This document shows, piece by piece, positions 56,905 to 64,000 of a stretch of 64,000 nt of DNA; within the stretch, counting starts at the first letter, position 1, and each line of letters begins with the position of its first letter. This DNA is from Flavobacteriaceae bacterium. GTDB lineage: Bacteria > Bacteroidota > Bacteroidia > Flavobacteriales > Flavobacteriaceae. A program made the position numbers and the translations under genes. Where the stretch lies: contig JAVVDW010000017.1 in assembly GCA_032251335.1 (NCBI GenBank), positions 546-64,545 of the forward strand. The letters are read 5' to 3'. The notes beneath the pieces are model-generated. The model searched no databases and was not told the origin of the DNA. It saw only the letters and a list, made by a program, of their open reading frames with translations.

Positions 56905-56912
56905 TATATTTG
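56905..56912 (+). promoter_or_regulatory. -7 box TATATTTG
   Basis: Exact motif 21 nt upstream of the ATG at 56933. Confidence 0.5.
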
Positions 56913-56932
56913 TCAAGTTTAGGATTGATAGA

Positions 56933-59359
56933 ATGGTCCATAATAAGAACTTATTATTTTTACGCGCTGAGATCGTTTCTCTTGGTTGCATGATATTTTT
57001 TCTCGTGCTAACCTTGCCTTTATTTGCGCAGAGCAAAATTGAAAAGCAAAAGGGAATTATTGACCTCACCCGACTCGATTTCAATAAAACCGAAGATGTA
57101 AGTTTGGAAGGTCAATGGGAGTTTTATTGGAACGAGCTCATACATCCACAAGATTTTATTCTCAAGCAAAAGCCAAATTACAAGGCGTTTCCAAAACTTT
57201 GGAATGACATAAATGGGAATAGTTACGGCTATGCCACCTATCGTGTGATTTTGCAATTGCCCAAAAGCCATCCCGAATTAGCCCTGTATATTCCGGATTT
57301 TTACAGCTCTTATAGGCTGTTTGCCAGCGGTAAAGTGATTTCCCAAAACGGAATGGTTGCAAAATCAAGAGCACTTTATCAGCCTAAATTTAAACCCACT
57401 ACAGTGCGTCTTCCTGCCGATACGCCTCAGGTTGAATTGGTGCTTCAAATTGCCAATTTTCACCATTACAGAGGTGGTGCGGCTAAGCCTATCTATATAG
57501 GAAATGAAAATTTTATAATTAACCACATATCAGGCTCAAACGGACTTATTTATTTGTTGGCAGGTATGGCCTTCGTTTGCAGCCTTTTTTTTATAAGCTT
57601 GTTTACATTTAACAAGACAGACAGGGCTTCTTTCTATTTCGGACTTTTTTGCCTTTCTTCATCGCTTTATATTATGCTTCGCGGCGAATATCTTTTGCTC
57701 AATTTTTTCCCCAATTTACCTTGGCAATTAATAACAAGACTAGAACATCTGAGTTTTTTTATGGGCTCGTTTCTATTTATTCGCTTTGTGAAACATCTTT
57801 TTCCCGATAATGTGCACCCCAAAATCGTGAACGTCATTTCCGGAATATCTCTTTTCTACGCAGCACTCGCTTTGCTTTCGCCAATCTATGTTTATACAGC
57901 TTTAACACCTGTATTTTTGGGAATGATGATTTTAAATGTTTTGTATGTAAAATATGTTTTTTTGACTGCCATTCTACAGAAGCGATTGGGAGCTGTTTTT
58001 GCATTTGTTAGCGTAGGCCTTTTATCTGTGTCTATTTTGTACATTATTTTTTATCATTTCGATTGGATAAGACCCATTTCGTATGTGTATTTTTCCGGGC
58101 TTTTCGGTTCATTTATCACTATGACATTGTTGATTTCTTATCGTTTTGCTGACTCCATGACCAAGGCCAGAATCAAAGCAGAGACTGCCGTAGAAGCCAA
58201 AAGTCAGTTTTTGTCCAACATGAGTCACGAGATTAGAACCCCGTTAAATTCAGTGATCGCCCTGGCAGATTTGCTGCAGAATACAAATTCTGAAGAAGAC
58301 AAAAAAGAATTTTTAGTGTCCATTAAGAAAAGCGGCGAAACCCTCTTGTCTATTATTAATGATATTTTAGACTACTCAAAAATTGAGGCAAATGAATTGA
58401 TTGTAAGAAGAAATAAACTTAATATTAGAGACTTTCTCAGAGATGTGTATGCCATCAATAAACCTATTTGCAATGAAAAGGCCATCACTTTAAAGCTTTT
58501 TATTGATGAAGAGGTTCCGCATTGTGTGGTGACGGATGCAACACGATTGCAGCAGATACTCAACAACCTGATTGGCAACGCCATCAAATTTACCAAAGCA
58601 GGTAGTATAGAAATTAAAGTGGAGCGTATTCATAACGAAACCATCCCGGGTAATTTAAAATTTAGTGTCTCAGATACAGGTTCGGGCATCCAAGAGGACA
58701 AACTCCCTTTGTTGTTCGAAAGATTTTCTCAAATAGAAGACCGCGAGTCTAAGAAACTTACAGGAACCGGGCTTGGTTTGGCCATTTCAAAACTTCTCTC
58801 CATAGCTTTGGGCGGTACTATTGATGTGTCTTCTGTTTGGGGAGAGGGATCTGTGTTTTGGTTTACCGTAGATGCACCCGAAGTTTGTAACAAAGAGTTT
58901 GAAGCTGAAAATGAGATGCTTGCAGCGGCTCAATTGTCTAATCATATTTCATTTTCATCTTTAAAAGTGCTTTTGGTAGAAGATAATAGTATGAATCGGC
59001 TTGTGGCCATCAAAGTGCTAGAAACCCTGGGCATATCAGATATTGAAATAGCCCACGACGGCCTGGAAGCTATTGATAAATGCGAAAAGCATTTTTACGA
59101 CTTGATTTTTATGGATATGGAAATGCCCAATATGGGTGGCGTAGAGGCTACAAAATACATTAGGCAATTGGTCAACCACGGCTATATCTCTAAAATTGTT
59201 GCCATGACAGCCAACGTAACCGAAGATGACAAAGAAAACTGTTTGAATGCGGGCATGAACGACATCATTTTTAAACCCATTTCAAAAGAACGCATCGCTC
59301 TAGTTCTCAACAAACTCTTTTCGCACAAGCAAGATGAAAGAATCATCAGACAAAATTAA
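56933..59359 (+). CDS. Hybrid sensor histidine kinase/response regulator with a 7TMR-DISM-type sensor
   Basis: Signal peptide, an extracellular beta-rich domain (GQWEFYWNEL...), seven TM helices, H-box SHEIRTPL, N/G boxes (NLIGNAIKFT, DTGSGI, GTGLGLAI), and a receiver domain (VLLVEDN...DMEMPNMGG...KP). Confidence 0.9.
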   Translation: MVHNKNLLFLRAEIVSLGCMIFFLVLTLPLFAQSKIEKQKGIIDLTRLDFNKTEDVSLEGQWEFYWNELIHPQDFILKQKPNYKAFPKLWNDINGNSYGYATYRVILQLPKSHPELALYIPDFYSSYRLFASGKVISQNGMVAKSRALYQPKFKPTTVRLPADTPQVELVLQIANFHHYRGGAAKPIYIGNENFIINHISGSNGLIYLLAGMAFVCSLFFISLFTFNKTDRASFYFGLFCLSSSLYIMLRGEYLLLNFFPNLPWQLITRLEHLSFFMGSFLFIRFVKHLFPDNVHPKIVNVISGISLFYAALALLSPIYVYTALTPVFLGMMILNVLYVKYVFLTAILQKRLGAVFAFVSVGLLSVSILYIIFYHFDWIRPISYVYFSGLFGSFITMTLLISYRFADSMTKARIKAETAVEAKSQFLSNMSHEIRTPLNSVIALADLLQNTNSEEDKKEFLVSIKKSGETLLSIINDILDYSKIEANELIVRRNKLNIRDFLRDVYAINKPICNEKAITLKLFIDEEVPHCVVTDATRLQQILNNLIGNAIKFTKAGSIEIKVERIHNETIPGNLKFSVSDTGSGIQEDKLPLLFERFSQIEDRESKKLTGTGLGLAISKLLSIALGGTIDVSSVWGEGSVFWFTVDAPEVCNKEFEAENEMLAAAQLSNHISFSSLKVLLVEDNSMNRLVAIKVLETLGISDIEIAHDGLEAIDKCEKHFYDLIFMDMEMPNMGGVEATKYIRQLVNHGYISKIVAMTANVTEDDKENCLNAGMNDIIFKPISKERIALVLNKLFSHKQDERIIRQN

Positions 59360-60323
59360 TTGGGGCATTCTCGGTCCAGGCAAAATAGCCACACTCTTTG
59401 CCGAAGATATACAGAAAGTATCCAATGCCCGACTCTATGCATGTGCTTCAACACAAATAGAAAGAGCCAATCAATTCAGCCAAGCTTTTAAAATCCCTTT
59501 CGTGTATGGCAGTTATGCAGAAATGCTCAACAACCCCGATTTGGACGTGGTGTACGTTGCTACGCCACACGTTTTCCACTACCAGAATACGCTGCAATGC
59601 CTCAGAGCCGGAAAAGCAGTGCTTTGTGAAAAACCTTTTGCCATCAATACCGTTCAGGTAAACGGAATGATTAAACTGGCAACGCAGAAGAATCTTTTTC
59701 TGATGGAAGCCATGTGGACGCGTTTTTTACCACATTTTCAGTTTGTTTTGGAGATGATTCGAGAACAAAAATTGGGTGCTTTGCGTGCCATGGAAGCAGA
59801 CTTCTGCATCGATGTGCCCTTTGATTCTGCTTCGCGTATATACAACAACAAATTGGGCGGCGGCAGCTTGTTAGATTTAGGCATCTACCCGGTTTTTGCC
59901 GCTTTGATGTTTATGGGGAAACCCGACGACATACAGGCAACCGCAACTTTGTCAAAGACAAATGTAGATTTGGATTGTCAAATCACTTTTGATTATAAAA
60001 ACGGAAGACAAGCCAAACTATTCTCTGCCATCAATCAGGAAACCCCTACCACGGCTACACTCCATTTTGAAGGTGGAAAAATCTTGATGAACAGCCGTTT
60101 TCACCAACCAAGTACAGTCACTGTCACGGACGAACACGGTTCAAAAACGCATGATTTCGGCTATACAACACACGGCTACTCCTACGAAGCACAACACGTG
60201 ACAAGCTGTTTGCTAAACCGTCAAAAAACGAATGAACTCATGACGCATGAACTTAGTGTAGAGCTGATTTCTACGCTCGATGCCATCAGAAGTAAAATAG
60301 GACTCGTTTACCCTCCTGACTAA
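59334..60323 (+). CDS. Gfo/Idh/MocA family oxidoreductase
   Basis: INWGILGPGKIA Rossmann N-terminus and the EKP motif (VLCEKPFA). Confidence 0.9.
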   Translation: MKESSDKINWGILGPGKIATLFAEDIQKVSNARLYACASTQIERANQFSQAFKIPFVYGSYAEMLNNPDLDVVYVATPHVFHYQNTLQCLRAGKAVLCEKPFAINTVQVNGMIKLATQKNLFLMEAMWTRFLPHFQFVLEMIREQKLGALRAMEADFCIDVPFDSASRIYNNKLGGGSLLDLGIYPVFAALMFMGKPDDIQATATLSKTNVDLDCQITFDYKNGRQAKLFSAINQETPTTATLHFEGGKILMNSRFHQPSTVTVTDEHGSKTHDFGYTTHGYSYEAQHVTSCLLNRQKTNELMTHELSVELISTLDAIRSKIGLVYPPD

Positions 60324-60417
60324 GCAAATCTATAGAATAAAAGACTGAAAAACTAAAAGCTATCATCTCTTTGGCGTAAAAGTTGATGAGACTTAAAAAC
60401 AATTTTTTTAACGCACA

Positions 60418-62826
60418 ATGATTCAAAAGTACCTATTTCTATTTCTCTTGTTCTTTTATATTTCAAACCAAGCACAGACGCTCACTGTTTTGGATGCAAC
60501 TACCCAAAAACCAATTGAGTTTGCCAGTGTTTACACACAGTCATCCAATATTTTCTTAACCACGAATGCCAAAGGGCAAGTCAAATTGGGAAAACTCAAA
60601 AATGCTTCCGAAATTTTCGTTTCCATCATTGGTTACAACACACAAAAAATCACCAACACCGCTCTTAAAGAGAGTCATTATATCGTTTTACTTACCACAA
60701 GCGCATCGCCTCTCAACGAAGTGGTCGTTTCTGCCTCCAAGTGGTCTCAAAACTCGGGCAAAGTCCCTGTTAAAATAGAAACCATAGACCATGCTTTCAC
60801 CCTTTTTGCCAATCCGCAAACCAGCGCAGATTTGTTGAGCGCTTCAGGAAGTATCTTTGTACAAAAAAGCCAACTCGGTGGCGGTAGCCCCATGATTAGG
60901 GGATTTGCTACCAATAGGGTTTTGATGACCGTAGATGGCGTTCGGATGAACACAGCTATATTCAGAGGCGGAAACCTGCAAAATGTTATTTCGTTGGATC
61001 CATTGGCTGTCGGCAAAACTGAAATTATATTTGGGCCTGCATCGGTTATTTACGGCAGCGATGCCATTGGTGGCGTCATGAATTTTCAAACGCTGAAACC
61101 TGTATTTTCAGGTACAGATAAAACGCTAATCAGCACCTCCGGGCTTGCCCGATATTCCACTGCAAATGAAGAACAAACGGCCCACGCAGATGTAATGATC
61201 GGACTCAAAAAATGGGCTTTTATAAGCAGTTTTACCTATTCGGATTTTGGCAATTTAAGAACAGGTACGCATGGGCCTACTCGTTTTTTGCGTGATCGAT
61301 TTGTGAAGCGCATCAATGGAGAAGACGTCCAACTGGCGAATGACAGTCCCAGAGAGCAAGTTTCAACTGGCTTTAGCCAAACACACCTGATGCAGAAAGT
61401 CAGTTTTAAACCTTCAGACAGCTGGCAGTTAGACGCGAACGTCTATTTTTCATCTTCATCCAAATACAATAGATTTGACCGTTTGTTGCGACCGCGCGGC
61501 GACAACTTAAGGTCTGCCGAATGGTTTTATGGGCCTCAACAATGGTTGCTGGGTTCGTTGGCTGTTTCCCATACAGAGAAATCTTTTTGGTACGATGAAA
61601 TGAAACTGATAGTGGCAGGCCAGCGATTGGAAGAAAGTAGGCACGACCGCGATTTAAACGCCGTCATCCGTGACAATACCATCGAAAATGTGGACGCATA
61701 TTCCTTGAATGCAGATTTCTCTAAAAAGCTCGATTCGACTAAAAATTTGTATTATGGAAGCGAGTATGTGTTGAATAATGTTTTCAGTACAGCTTTTTCA
61801 GAAAACATTGATACAGGGGCACGCGAAAAAATTCAAACCCGATATCCCGATGGCTCAGATTGGCAATCTGTAGCTGCGTATGCTAATTTTTCATGGGAAG
61901 TATCTCCTAAACTTACACTGCAATCCGGCGTTAGATACAACTTCGTTTCTATCTCTGCTACGCTCGATAACACCTTTATTCCATTTCCATTCAAAAAAGT
62001 TCAATTGGATCACGGTGCGCTTACCGGCAGTTTGGGACTCACCTGGAGGCCGGCACCTTCGTGGGTTGTCAAGCTAAACGAATCCACCGGATTTCGTTCG
62101 CCAAACATAGATGATATCGGTAAGATTTTTGATTCCGAGCCCGGTGCACTTGTAGTACCCAATCCGGACTTAGATCCGGAATACGCATGGAATACAGACA
62201 TAGGTGTAGTGAAAAGTTTTGGCAATTGGTTAAAACTCGATTTTACCGCTTTTTATACGCATTTAGAAGATGCTTTGATTCGTGATAACTTCACTCTAAA
62301 CGGTTCTGAAACCATTTTTTTTGACGGTGAAGAAAGCCAGGTCTTAGCCATACAAAACGCAGCTCAGGCTTATGTGTATGGATTTCAATACGGTGCCGAA
62401 ATCAACTTTACGCCCCAATGGCAATTGAGCACCAAGGGAAATTACCAATGGGGAAATGAAAAACCTGAAAATGACAGTGCGGTACCTTTGCGCCACGCTG
62501 CGCCATTTTTTACAGATGCGCACCTGCGCTACAAAAGCAAAAGATTGAATGCCGATTTGTTTGTAAACTACAACGCCGAAGTGTCTTTTAACAGGCTTCC
62601 ACCCTCAGAAAGAAGCGAAATACATCTTCACGACTTGGACGAGAATGGAAACCCCTTTACGCCGAGTTGGTACACGCTCAATTTGCGCACCCAATTCCCT
62701 GTTAATGATCAACTTATCCTATCCGGAACCATAGAAAATATGACAGATCAGCGCTACAGACCCTTTTCATCGGGCATTTCCGCACCCGGAATCAATTTCA
62801 TTTTTGCTGTAAAAGTGACCATTTGA
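60418..62826 (+). CDS. TonB-dependent receptor with an N-terminal carboxypeptidase-regulatory-like domain
   Basis: Signal peptide, CarbopepD_reg-like N-terminus, plug domain (GGSPMIRGF..., DGVRMN), 22-strand barrel pattern, and a C-terminal aromatic-rich strand. Confidence 0.92.
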   Translation: MIQKYLFLFLLFFYISNQAQTLTVLDATTQKPIEFASVYTQSSNIFLTTNAKGQVKLGKLKNASEIFVSIIGYNTQKITNTALKESHYIVLLTTSASPLNEVVVSASKWSQNSGKVPVKIETIDHAFTLFANPQTSADLLSASGSIFVQKSQLGGGSPMIRGFATNRVLMTVDGVRMNTAIFRGGNLQNVISLDPLAVGKTEIIFGPASVIYGSDAIGGVMNFQTLKPVFSGTDKTLISTSGLARYSTANEEQTAHADVMIGLKKWAFISSFTYSDFGNLRTGTHGPTRFLRDRFVKRINGEDVQLANDSPREQVSTGFSQTHLMQKVSFKPSDSWQLDANVYFSSSSKYNRFDRLLRPRGDNLRSAEWFYGPQQWLLGSLAVSHTEKSFWYDEMKLIVAGQRLEESRHDRDLNAVIRDNTIENVDAYSLNADFSKKLDSTKNLYYGSEYVLNNVFSTAFSENIDTGAREKIQTRYPDGSDWQSVAAYANFSWEVSPKLTLQSGVRYNFVSISATLDNTFIPFPFKKVQLDHGALTGSLGLTWRPAPSWVVKLNESTGFRSPNIDDIGKIFDSEPGALVVPNPDLDPEYAWNTDIGVVKSFGNWLKLDFTAFYTHLEDALIRDNFTLNGSETIFFDGEESQVLAIQNAAQAYVYGFQYGAEINFTPQWQLSTKGNYQWGNEKPENDSAVPLRHAAPFFTDAHLRYKSKRLNADLFVNYNAEVSFNRLPPSERSEIHLHDLDENGNPFTPSWYTLNLRTQFPVNDQLILSGTIENMTDQRYRPFSSGISAPGINFIFAVKVTI

Positions 62827-62938
62827 TAGCGGCTTTATAAGTGTGCTTCCCAACTTTTTTTAATGATTTATAAAGTCATAAATGTTTTTAAGCAATCACT
62901 CTAATCAATTCCTTTATTCGTAGCAAGACCAAATTGGT

Positions 62939-64000
62939 TTATTCCATTTCCGAGGTAAAATAAAACCGTATAGATGGATATTTGTCCTGCGTCATTTGCA
63001 GTGTAAAGGCCGAATCGGCTAAAAAGACCAGTTGGCCGCGTTTGTCTTTGGCCAAAAATTTATTTTTTACCCGCAGAAAGTCAAGAAATTCGGCACTTTT
63101 AGGATTGTCCGTTGCCACCCAGCAAGCCTTATGGATAGATAGCGGTTCGTAGCTGCATTTGGCACCATATTCGTGTTCCAATCGGTATTGGATTACCTCA
63201 AATTGTAGTGCGCCAACCGTACCGATGACTTTTCTGTTGTTCATTTCAAGCGTGAAGAGCTGTGCCACGCCTTCGTCCATCAATTGGTCCACACCTTTGT
63301 CTAATTGCTTGGTTTTCATAGGGTCGGCATTGTTGATATACCGAAAGTGTAGTGGAGAAAAATTTGGGATTCCTTTAAAGTGGAGCAGTTCGCCACCAGT
63401 AAGCGTGTCTCCAATTTTAAAATTTCCTGTGTCGTGCAAACCGACAATATCACCGGGGTAAGAAATATCTACAATTTCTTTTTTTTCGGCAAAAAAAGCA
63501 TTCGGGCTGGAAAATTTAAGTTTTTTGTTATGCCTAACGTGCAAGTAAGCCACATTGCGTTCAAAAGTTCCGGATACGACTTTGATAAAAGCCAAGCGGT
63601 CGCGGTGTTTTGGATCCATGTTGGCGTGTATTTTAAACACAAAACCCGAAAAATCAGTCTCATCCGGATTCACGAGTCGTTCTTCCGCTTTTTTGGGTCT
63701 GGGAGCGGGCGCTATTTGGATAAAACAATCGAGCAGTTCGCGCACGCCAAAGTTGTTGAGTGCCGAACCGAAGAATACCGGCTGCAAGTTACCGCTCAAG
63801 TATGCGTTTCTATCAAATGTTGGATAGACTTCATAAATCAATTCCAGATTATTTCTCAGATCCGTGGCAGATTTTTGACCTATCATTTTTTCGAGTTCCG
63901 GACTCTCCAAATCTTCAAAAGAAATGACATCTTCTATGTTTTTTCGGCCGTCTTCGCTAAAGAGGTTGATGTTTTTCTCCCAAATGTTGTAAATGCCTTT
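62939..64000 (-). CDS. prfC: Peptide chain release factor 3 (partial; the N-terminus lies beyond the window)
   Basis: The C-terminal two-thirds is RF3-like (PVFFGSALNNFGV..., FKIHANMDPKHRDRLAF..., LQFEVIQYRLEHEY). The reading frame stays open to position 64000. Confidence 0.93.
   Translation of the reverse strand, partial: KGIYNIWEKNINLFSEDGRKNIEDVISFEDLESPELEKMIGQKSATDLRNNLELIYEVYPTFDRNAYLSGNLQPVFFGSALNNFGVRELLDCFIQIAPAPRPKKAEERLVNPDETDFSGFVFKIHANMDPKHRDRLAFIKVVSGTFERNVAYLHVRHNKKLKFSSPNAFFAEKKEIVDISYPGDIVGLHDTGNFKIGDTLTGGELLHFKGIPNFSPLHFRYINNADPMKTKQLDKGVDQLMDEGVAQLFTLEMNNRKVIGTVGALQFEVIQYRLEHEYGAKCSYEPLSIHKACWVATDNPKSAEFLDFLRVKNKFLAKDKRGQLVFLADSAFTLQMTQDKYPSIRFYFTSEME

Overview
This window is a densely packed chromosomal segment from a Bacteroidota genome, most likely Flavobacteriia-like. 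Three things support that call. TAnnTTTG '-7' promoter boxes sit in front of many genes on both strands. The bamD-rpoZ-coaBC-DUF4835-recN block is syntenic with that group. The window also has a fused CcsB/CcsA and a pyrG-yidC pair.

I can support about 57 protein genes, two tRNAs (CAU and Cys-GCA), a few hairpin terminators and three small repeat families. I saw no rRNA, CRISPR array, transposase or integrase.

Most genes are housekeeping:
- Core metabolism and information processing: lipA, guaA, pyrG, yidC, rbfA, glnS, folB, greA, maf, kdsC, ccsBA, dapA, bamD, rpoZ, coaBC, recN, fabI, rsmG, lysS, and prfC (partial at the window edge).
- Signalling: two hybrid histidine kinases.
- Envelope and polysaccharide: a GT2/GT4/flippase set.
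- Transport and uptake: a PIG-L deacetylase with a sodium:solute symporter, and a TonB-dependent receptor.

The best candidate for something undescribed is an AT-rich ~1.2 kb islet at 8.5-9.7 kb. It carries a tightly coupled 78-aa protein and a retropepsin-like (DTGA) aspartic protease. The protease's SEC-C type Cys/His tail is displaced into the +1 frame by an A8 tract.

Other points worth a second look:
- A ~120-nt cassette is repeated in front of two genes of the photolyase cluster.
- An ECF sigma gene overlaps a divergent Nramp-like transporter that lacks the canonical metal ligands.
- An orphan DnaG-type zinc-finger protein lies beside a tRNA.
- An FRG-domain gene remnant sits next to an AlbA_2/Schlafen-like gene, which is preceded by two related palindromes.
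- An untracked 59-aa CPXCG ORF is coupled to a leaderless-looking YHS protein.
- A terminator-like hairpin sits in the greA leader.

All family calls come from motif recognition by eye; no searches were run.
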